DNA of 64,000 nucleotides from Sediminibacterium sp. Lineage in GTDB: Bacteria > Bacteroidota > Bacteroidia > Chitinophagales > Chitinophagaceae. The translations under genes were made by a program, and so were the position numbers. The DNA lies in assembly GCA_017983845.1 (NCBI GenBank), contig JAGOAO010000006.1, forward strand, positions 15,281-79,280. The letters run 5' to 3'. Shown here one piece after another: positions 19,129-27,250 of the stretch (positions are counted from its first letter, which is position 1; each line of letters opens with the position of its first letter). The notes below the pieces were generated by a model. It was given only the letters and a program-made list of their open reading frames with translations, was not told the origin of the DNA and did no database searches.

Positions 19129-21732
19129 ATGAACAATTTATTATATAAAATAAGCTTGTCATTTGGTTTGATCCTTAGCATAACGCTTGGTAGTCAATTA
19201 AACGCTCAGGATGCATCTGGAATTCAGAAGAAGCTCTTAGTAAGGGATTCTTTGGATTTTAAACAAGCCAACTCTGGTTTCAATACAAAAGCAAAAGAAT
19301 TTAATCCTATCCCATTTAAAGATGGATTATTATTTATTTCAAATAAGCAAACAGCGGTTAATAAGCTAGGATTTAATAAAGTGTATTGGGTGCCAAAATC
19401 ATTGATTGGGAAAAAGGATAGTTTAACTAGCGCAATAAATTTAAATGATGAATTTACTGCACCAACTAGCAATGATAACAATATTCTTTATAGATACAAT
19501 AAAAAGAAAGTTAGAATGGCGAACAATGCCATTGAAAACAAGTTTGCTGAATTTGTGCCAGAAGAAAGCTTTGCTATTGATGATACAGCAGCATACATTG
19601 TTTATCCCCAATTATCAAACAGAAAAATTGCCGGTGAATACAAGTGGGAATTATGGGAAGCCAATTTAGTTGATGGCAAGTTGAAAAATGCACATAAGAT
19701 CATCATTAAAGATTCTGCAGCAGATTATATCAATCCGTTTTTATCAGCAGATAAAACAAAATTATACTTTTCAAGTAATAGGGCAGGCGGCAAGGGCGGT
19801 TTTGACATTTATGTATTAGACAAGGTAAATGGAGTTTGGAGTGTCAACCCAGTCACAAATGCATGTGTTAACACAGTATCTGATGAAATCAATCCTACTG
19901 TAAATGGATTCGATTTATTGTTTAGTTCGAATAGAGCTGGAGGTATGGGAGGATTTGATGTTTATCGTGTATCTATTCAGCCAAGTATAACATCTTGTGA
20001 TGTAAACAATTTAGGTTATCCAGTGAATACTGCAGCTGATGATTCAAGAATCATTCAGTTAAATTCAGATTTTTATGTTTCAAGCAAACAATTAGGTGCT
20101 ATGGATATTGCGGCTATTCAATATAAACCAGTATCTATTCCTCTTTCTGGGCAGTTGGCCTATTTGAATGATTCAACATTGTCTCCTAATCAAGCGTTGT
20201 ATGTATATGACAATGATACCCAAAAAGTAGTAGATACTATTTATACAGATGCAAATGCAAAATACAATTATGCTGCAAAGCCTAATCGTAATTATCGTAT
20301 TCAAACAAAAAATGCAGACGGTATTGAAGAATTTTTTGCATTAACAACTAACGATAAAATAACATCACCTATCTTATTTGCAACAAATTTGAAAGGTAGA
20401 AGTCCAAGACAAATTAAAGACTCTACAGAGAAGGTTTGGGCAGCTATCGAACAAAAGCGTCAAGACAGTATAGCTGCTGTGAGTTTAGAATCTAAGTTTA
20501 TCGTTTATTATGGTTTTGACAAGTCGGTATTAACTGCAAAGGAGAAATTGGTTTTGGATAGCTTATACAATAAATTACAGAAAATGCCTTCTACTTACTT
20601 AATTGTAGGAGCATTTACAGACTGCGTGGGTTCATTTAAATACAACTATACTTTATCTGTCAATAGAGCGAAGTATGTAGTGAATTATTTAAAGAAAAAG
20701 GGATTGCCATCTAGTCGTTTTGTATCCAATGGTTATTCTAAAAATTATACCATCACACCTTGTACAGTTAGTTTAAATAAAAAGGCGCAACAAAACAATC
20801 GTCGTGCTGAAATTGTATTGAGCGATGTAGGAAATACCAATTGGGCAAAATTGGAGAAGGAAAGAGGGAAGTCTTACTATGCGGTGTATGATAGTAAAAA
20901 GAATATCATTCCAACCAAAACAATTCTATCTAAGGCTGTTGTAAGTAATGTAGTTGAAAAGAGTACAGATTTAGCTTCTGCCTCTGTTGGCACTTCTCTT
21001 AAGAAAAAGAAATTAAATGCTGTAAATACAAAGGGTGGGCCTTCTTTAAACGCTCCTATATTAGCTGCTCAAGAAAAAAAGGTTGTAACAATAGAGGAGA
21101 AAATACCTGCTGAAGTTAAAACCAAAGTTAGTAATCCAGTGGTTATTAAACCTGTAATAGCTAAAACTACTTTAGTGAAAACGGTTGTTACTAAGCCAGT
21201 TGATACAATTGCAAGTTCAAAGTCTATTGTTAAATCAGAAGTTAAATCTGAAGTTAAATTGGTTGCTGCACCATCCACTTATGTAGATGATGAAATTAGT
21301 AAAGCGGAGATCTTAAAAGCATTGGATTCTTTAGCGAAATTAAGAATAGAGCAGGATCGTATAGTAGAGTACCTTACTAAACGCATTAATAAGAAGCCTA
21401 TTGATATCATGGTTAGTTCAGATTCGGTTACTATTGAAATCTATGATAATGCTGTGCATGATAAGGATTCTGTATCTATTATATTCAACAACAGAATTAT
21501 TGTAGACAAGCAAGAGTTAAAGGTGAATAAGCCTATCCAATTTAAATTGAAAGTAAATAAGGATAAGAAGTACAATGAAATGATCATGGTGGCAGAAAAC
21601 CTTGGTGCCGAGCCGCCAAATACTGCAGTGATGTTTGTGACAGAGAAAAATGGTAGAAGACAACAAATTATGCTTTCTACAGATATGCTTCATAATGAGG
21701 TTGTCTACTTCATTAGGATAGGAAAAGAATAA
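19129..21732 (+). CDS. PorE-like protein: PD40 repeats, OmpA peptidoglycan-binding domain and an extra C-terminal domain
   Basis: PD40-type repeats (LYFSSNRAGGKGGFDIY, LLFSSNRAGGMGGFDVY); OmpA_C-like YYGFDKS...GAFTDCVG..YN..LS.NRA...NNRRAEI. Confidence 0.8.
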   Translation: MNNLLYKISLSFGLILSITLGSQLNAQDASGIQKKLLVRDSLDFKQANSGFNTKAKEFNPIPFKDGLLFISNKQTAVNKLGFNKVYWVPKSLIGKKDSLTSAINLNDEFTAPTSNDNNILYRYNKKKVRMANNAIENKFAEFVPEESFAIDDTAAYIVYPQLSNRKIAGEYKWELWEANLVDGKLKNAHKIIIKDSAADYINPFLSADKTKLYFSSNRAGGKGGFDIYVLDKVNGVWSVNPVTNACVNTVSDEINPTVNGFDLLFSSNRAGGMGGFDVYRVSIQPSITSCDVNNLGYPVNTAADDSRIIQLNSDFYVSSKQLGAMDIAAIQYKPVSIPLSGQLAYLNDSTLSPNQALYVYDNDTQKVVDTIYTDANAKYNYAAKPNRNYRIQTKNADGIEEFFALTTNDKITSPILFATNLKGRSPRQIKDSTEKVWAAIEQKRQDSIAAVSLESKFIVYYGFDKSVLTAKEKLVLDSLYNKLQKMPSTYLIVGAFTDCVGSFKYNYTLSVNRAKYVVNYLKKKGLPSSRFVSNGYSKNYTITPCTVSLNKKAQQNNRRAEIVLSDVGNTNWAKLEKERGKSYYAVYDSKKNIIPTKTILSKAVVSNVVEKSTDLASASVGTSLKKKKLNAVNTKGGPSLNAPILAAQEKKVVTIEEKIPAEVKTKVSNPVVIKPVIAKTTLVKTVVTKPVDTIASSKSIVKSEVKSEVKLVAAPSTYVDDEISKAEILKALDSLAKLRIEQDRIVEYLTKRINKKPIDIMVSSDSVTIEIYDNAVHDKDSVSIIFNNRIIVDKQELKVNKPIQFKLKVNKDKKYNEMIMVAENLGAEPPNTAVMFVTEKNGRRQQIMLSTDMLHNEVVYFIRIGKE

Positions 21733-21754
21733 GATTAGTTAGTATTGATATTTT

Positions 21755-21793
21755 AAACTGCCTCCAAAAGTTAATTACTTAAGGAGGCAGTTT
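21755..21793 (+). terminator. stem-loop, probable terminator of the T9SS cassette
   Basis: Perfect 11 bp inverted repeat AAACTGCCTCC / GGAGGCAGTTT; the loop is long (17 nt). Confidence 0.6.
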
Positions 21794-21858
21794 GCATTTA
21801 GGTTCATTTTTCTTTACAAAAACTTTGTCGTAGCTTCGCAGCTTATTATATTCGAATT

Positions 21859-22305
21859 ATGAAGCGTATTGACCGACATAGAGCCATTTTAGGGGTAGAT
21901 AACAAGGCAACTTTAGGGGACTTAAAGAAAGTATACCGTAAGATCATGATGGAATGGCATCCTGACAAATTTCAGGATAGTGACGAGTCAAAGCAGGCTG
22001 CTGAGGTAAAATCGGCTAAATTAATCGCTTCATACCATTTTTTAGTAAGTGTGCATCCAGAAACCCATGAAGCTACTAAAGAAGCTTATTTGCTGACAAC
22101 TTCTGAAGCCAGCATCAATGATTTTGAATTCAAGTCTGAAATTCTTCGTGTTGAATTCTCGGATGGTACTGAATATGAATATTATGGTGTGCCTAAAGCC
22201 ATCTATGTTAAATTAGTCAATGCTGATACACCTGATCGTTTTGCAAGACGACATATTTACAATACTTATTTGTACAGAAGTACGAGTAAGATAGTGGGTG
22301 GGTAA
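21859..22305 (+). CDS. J-domain (DnaJ-like) plus KTSC-domain fusion protein
   Basis: N-terminal ILGV...LKKVYRKIMMEWHPDKF (intact HPD); C-terminal LRVEFSDGTEYEYYGVP...FARRHIYNTY is KTSC-like. Confidence 0.8.
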   Translation: MKRIDRHRAILGVDNKATLGDLKKVYRKIMMEWHPDKFQDSDESKQAAEVKSAKLIASYHFLVSVHPETHEATKEAYLLTTSEASINDFEFKSEILRVEFSDGTEYEYYGVPKAIYVKLVNADTPDRFARRHIYNTYLYRSTSKIVGG

Positions 22306-22403
22306 TTAGAATATTTCCGAACGAATTTCTTGTTGGAAACTTAAATTAGATTTTATCTATTTCGGATTACATATCAGATAGTTTTATTTTACAAACTATT
22401 TAT

Positions 22404-22983
22404 ATGTCCTATGAAAAGAAATTATACATTATTGCTGGATGTAATGGGGCAGGGAAAACGACTGCTTCAAAACGTTTACTTCCGGATCTAATTAATTGTA
22501 ATGAATTTATTAATGCTGATGAAATTGCATTTCAACTATGTCCTGACAATGTTGAATCTGTTGCTTTTTTATCAGGTAGAATAATTCTTCATAGAATCTC
22601 TGAATTACTTGCTAAAGGAGAAACCTTTGCCTTTGAAACAACCTTATCTACTAGATCATATAAAGAGACGGTAATTTTCGCTAAATCGATGGGTTACAAT
22701 GTTGTTTTAATCTATTATTGGCTTAATTCTGTTGATTTGGCTATTGATAGGGTAGCTTCAAGGGTTTTAAAAGGAGGACATAATATTGATAATGAAGTTA
22801 TTAGAAGACGCTACAAAAGGGGGATCAATAATTTGTTCAATATTTATATACCTTTGGTCAACGAATGTTTGATTTTTTGATAACACAAATATTGATTATG
22901 AATTATTTGCAGTTAAAACAAATCAATCTAGTTTTTATATCATAAATCCAGAAAAATGGACAATACTAAATCAAAACAGTTAA
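22404..22983 (+). pseudogene. zeta-toxin-like P-loop ATPase/kinase (predicted ABC-type ATPase family), interrupted by a +1 frameshift
   Basis: IIAGCNGAGKTT, FINADEIA, FAFETTLS and RVASRVLKGGHNI motifs. The ORF stops at TGA 22878-22880 right after a T6 run; removing one T gives LIFDNTNIDYELFAV... to TAA 22981-22983 (192 aa). Confidence 0.65.
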
Positions 22984-23138
22984 TTCGTAATATTGAATTA
23001 AGTAAAGATGCAAAAATTATATTGGCCAGTATGGATAAGGTTAAGGCTGATATAATTGAATCACATAAAAAAACAAACACAGCATTGGTTGTATCAATTG
23101 ATGGCAAGATTGTTCATATTAAGCCTGAAGATTTATAA
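22956..23138 (+). CDS. small hypothetical protein, probable partner of the upstream P-loop protein
   Basis: 60 aa ORF ending ALVVSIDGKIVHIKPEDL, a pattern I associate with the small genes that follow this ATPase family; the start codon is uncertain. Confidence 0.6.
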   Translation: MDNTKSKQLIRNIELSKDAKIILASMDKVKADIIESHKKTNTALVVSIDGKIVHIKPEDL

Positions 23139-23161
23139 ATTATATAATTGTATATTTGATG

Positions 23162-23371
23162 ATGCATTCGTATAAATTAGATAGAACAGCTTTTAAAGCT
23201 CAGACTGTTGAAGAGGCTTCTAATCACGCTGAATATTATAAATCACTCCCATGGCTTGAGCGTTTAAAGATTGCTGCATACTTAAATAGTATTGCATTTA
23301 ATTACGATATAAATCATCCGCCAAAAATGGATAAGACGCTATTTAAGGCAAGATCAAGAAATAATGGGTAA
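23162..23371 (+). CDS. small hypothetical protein, putative antitoxin-like partner of the downstream nucleotidyltransferase
   Basis: The ORF track starts at TTG 23156; ATG 23162 is preferred because it follows the -7 box TATATTTG (23151-23158). The stop overlaps the next start (8 nt). Confidence 0.7.
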   Translation: MHSYKLDRTAFKAQTVEEASNHAEYYKSLPWLERLKIAAYLNSIAFNYDINHPPKMDKTLFKARSRNNG

Positions 23372-23816
23372 TATATTTAATGAAGACTTTAGGGATTTTA
23401 TAAAAGCTTTGAACCAAAATGAAGTTAAATACATCTTGGTTGGAGGTTACTCAGTTATTCTACATGGATATCCCAGAACAACAGGTGATATGGATGTATG
23501 GGTAGAAAGAACTCCTAAAAATTATACATGTTTGTCAAAAGCTTTTTCTGCATTCGGAATGCCAATGTTTGACATGAATGAGAGTAATTTTTTAACTCAT
23601 CCCAATTGGGATGTTTTTACATTTGGAAAACCTCCTTCTGCAATTGATATCATGGTTGAGATTAAAGGATTAGATTTTACAATGGCCTATAAAAATTCTA
23701 TTTTTTTCGAAGAGAATGGCTTGCCTGTTAGAACAATTCATAAAGATGATCTAATCAAGGCAAAGCTCGCTGCTAATAGGCCAAAGGATCAAAATGATTT
23801 AGAGAATTTAAAGTAA
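23364..23816 (+). CDS. single-domain nucleotidyltransferase (Pol-beta superfamily, DUF6036-like)
   Basis: ILVGGYSVILHGYPRTTGDMDVWV (GG...DxD), a later IDIM aspartate, and the C-terminal LIKAKLAANRPKDQNDL. Confidence 0.8.
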   Translation: MGNIFNEDFRDFIKALNQNEVKYILVGGYSVILHGYPRTTGDMDVWVERTPKNYTCLSKAFSAFGMPMFDMNESNFLTHPNWDVFTFGKPPSAIDIMVEIKGLDFTMAYKNSIFFEENGLPVRTIHKDDLIKAKLAANRPKDQNDLENLK

Positions 23817-23868
23817 CTTCCCTTTTACCCTTTTTGTGGTAAATGCTTAGCTTTTTTAAAAAACGTAT

Positions 23869-24264
23869 ATGAATATCATAAATAGATCAAACTTGAAAAA
23901 TATAATGTTATACGTGATGTTCGTATTTTATATTTTTGGAGGATACAATCATTTTAACAATCCATCTTTCTATATCCCGCTTATTCCTCCTTATTTGTCT
24001 ACTTGGGCAGTGGAGCTTAATTTAATTTCAGGTTTTGCAGAAATTATTTTAGGTATTTTATTGATTCCTACACAAACTAGAAAATGGGCAGGCTTTGCGA
24101 TCGTGTTGATGCTCATTGCCTTTATACCTAGCCATATTTATTTTATTGAACGTGGTAATTTTGCTTTAGGAAACTTTACCATGACGCCATTGATCAGTTG
24201 GATTCGGTTATTGGTCATTCAACCATTATTAATGCTTTGGGCGCTTTGGGTAAGTAGGAAATAA
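23869..24264 (+). CDS. DoxX-like membrane protein
   Basis: GYNHF..P.FY..LIP, SGFAEIILG and a C-terminal WIRLLVIQPLLMLWA; four hydrophobic segments. Confidence 0.75.
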   Translation: MNIINRSNLKNIMLYVMFVFYIFGGYNHFNNPSFYIPLIPPYLSTWAVELNLISGFAEIILGILLIPTQTRKWAGFAIVLMLIAFIPSHIYFIERGNFALGNFTMTPLISWIRLLVIQPLLMLWALWVSRK

Positions 24265-25095
24265 AGATGGTGTTGAACGAATGTAGTTTTGATATTTTTC
24301 CAAATGACCCCATTTTTCCATCCCTGATATTTCCAATAACCTTACACCACTTACGTAGACGAGTAGTAAATAAGTAAATAATGGAGAGATTAATGTGAGG
24401 TATTGTCCCCCAGATAAGGAGGATATGGACATGATAGCAATACCAGTCCATAAAGTGATTTCGCCAAAGTAGTTTGGATGCCTTGAGTAAGCCCAAAGTC
24501 CATGTTGGATAAATTGATCTTTGTTTTTAGGATCTTTTCTGAAATTAGACTTTTGTGTATCAGCGATGATTTCAAAAAGGAAACCGACAACAAAGATCAG
24601 CAGACCAAAATAGAATACACCATTTTGTACTACACCTTTATTACTTGCTATAGCTGTCAAGGCGCACATGGAACAGATAGACACCCACATGCCTTGTAAA
24701 GTCCATGTCATAAAGAATCTAGTGGGTGAAGTTTTGATTTTTCTAAATCTTTTATCTTCCCCTGCTTTATGAATTCTTAAAAATAAAAAACTACCTAAAC
24801 GGATTGTCCATATTAGGATGCAAGCAGCTAATAGTATGTTTCCAATATTTACATTCATTGAAGCATAACTATGATAGCATACATAACTCACAACAGATAA
24901 GTAAGTAATACTCCCTGTAAGATCATAAAACTTTTCTGTTTGAAAAATATAGGCAGGGATAAATGCAATCCACTGAATCATATAAGCGATTAATATAGCT
25001 TTTTGTATAAGTTCTAAACCGGTTAAAAATGCAATGCCATATCCAATTAAAAAGGCGATGAGGGAGAATAGAATATTGAGTAGGGATTGTTTCAT
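24229..25095 (-). CDS. DUF1295 (steroid 5-alpha-reductase-like) membrane protein
   Basis: FYDLTGS, WTIRLGSFLFLRI, GEDKRF, ADTQK and GLWAYSRHPNYFGE. Confidence 0.85.
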   Translation of the reverse strand: MKQSLLNILFSLIAFLIGYGIAFLTGLELIQKAILIAYMIQWIAFIPAYIFQTEKFYDLTGSITYLSVVSYVCYHSYASMNVNIGNILLAACILIWTIRLGSFLFLRIHKAGEDKRFRKIKTSPTRFFMTWTLQGMWVSICSMCALTAIASNKGVVQNGVFYFGLLIFVVGFLFEIIADTQKSNFRKDPKNKDQFIQHGLWAYSRHPNYFGEITLWTGIAIMSISSLSGGQYLTLISPLFTYLLLVYVSGVRLLEISGMEKWGHLEKYQNYIRSTPSLFPTYPKRPKH

Positions 25096-25171
25096 AAGAC
25101 GTTTTTAAATGTCATTTTAAAGTTAGGCAAGTTTGGTTGAATGGATAATGGCTTACCCAAAGCCTTTTGCA

Positions 25172-25304
25172 GGACTGCCGACTCACTTTGTTCGTCGTCT
25201 TCCCTCTACTTCTACTAGGGGCTTACTCAAAGCCTCTACAAAAGCTTCGCTTTTGCCGGGCGTTTCCCTTTGTCTGCTTTTTTGAGCAAGCTCAAACAGC
25301 ATCC
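25172..25304 (-). repeat. structured multi-hairpin element downstream of tRNA-Leu (copy A; related to 52064-52190)
   Basis: Shares ordered blocks GGATG, GCAGAC, CAAAAG, AGGCTTTGA, AGGGA and CGGCARTCC, and the hairpin layout, with the element after tRNA-Arg. Confidence 0.6.
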
Positions 25305-25310
25305 AAAAGA

Positions 25311-25342
25311 AAACGCCCCGACACTTGCGTGTCGAGGCGTTT
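25311..25342 (-). terminator. Rho-independent terminator of tRNA-Leu
   Basis: Minus strand AAACGCCTCGACAC-GCAA-GTGTCGGGGCGTTT followed by TCTTTT; GNRA loop, with a G-U pair on this strand. Confidence 0.85.
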
Positions 25343-25343
25343 G

Positions 25344-25427
25344 TGCCCAGAACAGGAATCGAACCTGCACTACCTTGCGATAACCAGATTTTGAGTCTAG
25401 CGCGTCTACCAATTCCGCCATCTGGGC
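25344..25427 (-). tRNA. tRNA-Leu(CAA)
   Basis: GCCCAGATGGCGGAATTGGTAGACGCG...CT-CAA-AA...GGTTCGATTCC...TCTGGGCA; long variable arm; CCA is not encoded. Confidence 0.97.
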
Positions 25428-25466
25428 ATATTTGCACTTACGTGCTCGGCGGGGTGCAATATTACA

Positions 25467-25970
25467 TTAATGATGGAAATCTTCCAAAATACGGTCAAGG
25501 TATTTTTTCTTATAGTAATAAGATTTTATTTGCAGCATTGCTTCTTGTGAAATAGTATCGACCTGACCCATTTCCATATAGTTTTGAATAGGTGCATATA
25601 TTTCATTTTTTAGTGATTCCACCTGTTGAATTATTGTTTGTTTCGAGTTTTCGTCCACTGCATCCATCCAAGCCTCGTTTAAATCCATCATTTCCATTAA
25701 AAAGTCGGGTTCTAAGGCATATTTCTCGTCTGGGGTTAGGATACCTAATATTTCAAGTACATAGGGTAGAATGCGCTCTTTTTGGTTTAAAAGGGTAAAT
25801 CCTTTATTGGCCAATGAAGATTGTTCTAATGCTGCTTCTTGTTCCTCAGTGGTGCCTTGTGCAAATTTATCCGGATGGGAGGCTTTTTGGATCTCCATAA
25901 ATGCAGCCCTTAATTTCTGCGTATCTACTTGAAAACCAATGGGAAGGCCAAATAACTCAAAATAGTTCAT
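25467..25970 (-). CDS. hscB: Fe-S co-chaperone HscB
   Basis: MNYFELFGLP start, ASHPDKF and FLMEMMDLNE; the ORF-track extension to 26003 is rejected. Confidence 0.85.
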   Translation of the reverse strand: MNYFELFGLPIGFQVDTQKLRAAFMEIQKASHPDKFAQGTTEEQEAALEQSSLANKGFTLLNQKERILPYVLEILGILTPDEKYALEPDFLMEMMDLNEAWMDAVDENSKQTIIQQVESLKNEIYAPIQNYMEMGQVDTISQEAMLQIKSYYYKKKYLDRILEDFHH

Positions 25971-26004
25971 GCTAAAATTTCTTATATTGTGCAAAATAAC
26001 CAAT

Positions 26005-27201
26005 ATGCCTGTATTAGGACTTATTAAAGAGGGAAAAGTTCCCAGTGATAATAGAGTTGCATTAACACCAAAGCAATGTAAATGGCTTAAGGAGCAACAT
26101 TCAGATTGGGATATTATAGTTGAAGCATCTCCTAATAGATGTTATCAAGACCAAGAATATAGTAGAGAAGGTATACAAATCGTTTCAGATATTACCAAGG
26201 CAGACATTCTTTTAGGAATCAAAGAAGTACCAAAAGACCAATTGATTGCAGGTAAAACTTATTTGTTTTTCTCGCACACTAAAAAAGCCCAATCCTATAA
26301 TCAGGCCCTTTTTCATAAAATGATGGATCTAGGGATCACCTTAATCGATTATGAGTGTTTGGAGCATGAAGATGGACAACGCTTGATTGGTTTTGGATTT
26401 TTTGCTGGTATCGTGGGTGCCCACAATGGTATTATGGCTTATGGAAATAGAACAAAAGAATTTCATTTAGGCAGGGTGAAAGAAGTGAAAGATTATCGTG
26501 AATTAATACATACCTATTTTGGTTTAAAATTGCCTCCAGTAAAGATTGTAGTTACTGGATCGGGAAGGGTGGCGCATGGCATTATAGAAATCATGAATTT
26601 AATGGATGTGCAGCAAGTGGAGCCCGATGAATTTGATCGTCATTATGCATATCCAGTATATGTGCATTTAAAAGGAAGAGATTTGTACACGCATAAAATT
26701 ACAAAGGATTATGAGCGAAATGATTTTCATACAAATCCTTCTAACTATGACTGTTCCTTTAAACAGTACTTGCCGCATGCACAAATATTAATGAATGGCA
26801 TTTATTGGGAACCAGGAATTCCTCCATTGTTTACCCAAGACGATTTATTGAACAATGAATTTGCATTAACCACCATTGCAGATATCACGGATGATGCTCA
26901 TGGAAGTGTACCTTGTAATTTAGGAGATGCACCTTCTGAAGATCCGGTATATGGTGTTAACATAAATACATTTGAAAAAACGGTACCATATTTGCCAGAA
27001 GGGATAGATATAATGGCAGTAGGAAATTTACCTAACGAATTACCACGTGATGCGAGTAGGTTCTTTGGCGAACAATTAATCAAATATGTATTGCCAGATT
27101 TAGTAGCTGGTGGAAATGAAATTATTCAACGCGCTACCATGTTAAACAAAGGGGTATTGAATCTTCGCTATGACCATTTAGTGGACTATGCAAAACATTA
27201 G
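26005..27201 (+). CDS. AlaDh/PNT-fold NAD(P)-dependent oxidoreductase (lysine-ketoglutarate reductase / saccharopine dehydrogenase-like)
   Basis: GLIKEGK...RVALTP, GIKEVP, FFSHTKK, IDYECL, IADITDD and MAVGNLPNELPRDAS; likely start MPVLG. Confidence 0.75.
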   Translation: MPVLGLIKEGKVPSDNRVALTPKQCKWLKEQHSDWDIIVEASPNRCYQDQEYSREGIQIVSDITKADILLGIKEVPKDQLIAGKTYLFFSHTKKAQSYNQALFHKMMDLGITLIDYECLEHEDGQRLIGFGFFAGIVGAHNGIMAYGNRTKEFHLGRVKEVKDYRELIHTYFGLKLPPVKIVVTGSGRVAHGIIEIMNLMDVQQVEPDEFDRHYAYPVYVHLKGRDLYTHKITKDYERNDFHTNPSNYDCSFKQYLPHAQILMNGIYWEPGIPPLFTQDDLLNNEFALTTIADITDDAHGSVPCNLGDAPSEDPVYGVNINTFEKTVPYLPEGIDIMAVGNLPNELPRDASRFFGEQLIKYVLPDLVAGGNEIIQRATMLNKGVLNLRYDHLVDYAKH

Positions 27202-27250
27202 TACATTAAAACGCTTGCTATAGTTTATAAAAAATAGTGCTAGTATTACT

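Noticed and set aside
21740-25343. Integrative element at the tRNA-Leu 3' end
   Set aside because: I found no duplicated tRNA 3' end (GTGCCCAGAACAGG on the plus strand) in the downstream intergenic regions and no integrase gene; only a hotspot interpretation is kept.
25167-25555. Four short ORFs (61-84 aa) around tRNA-Leu
   Set aside because: They are shadows of the GC-rich tRNA, terminator and structured element, with no protein-like features.
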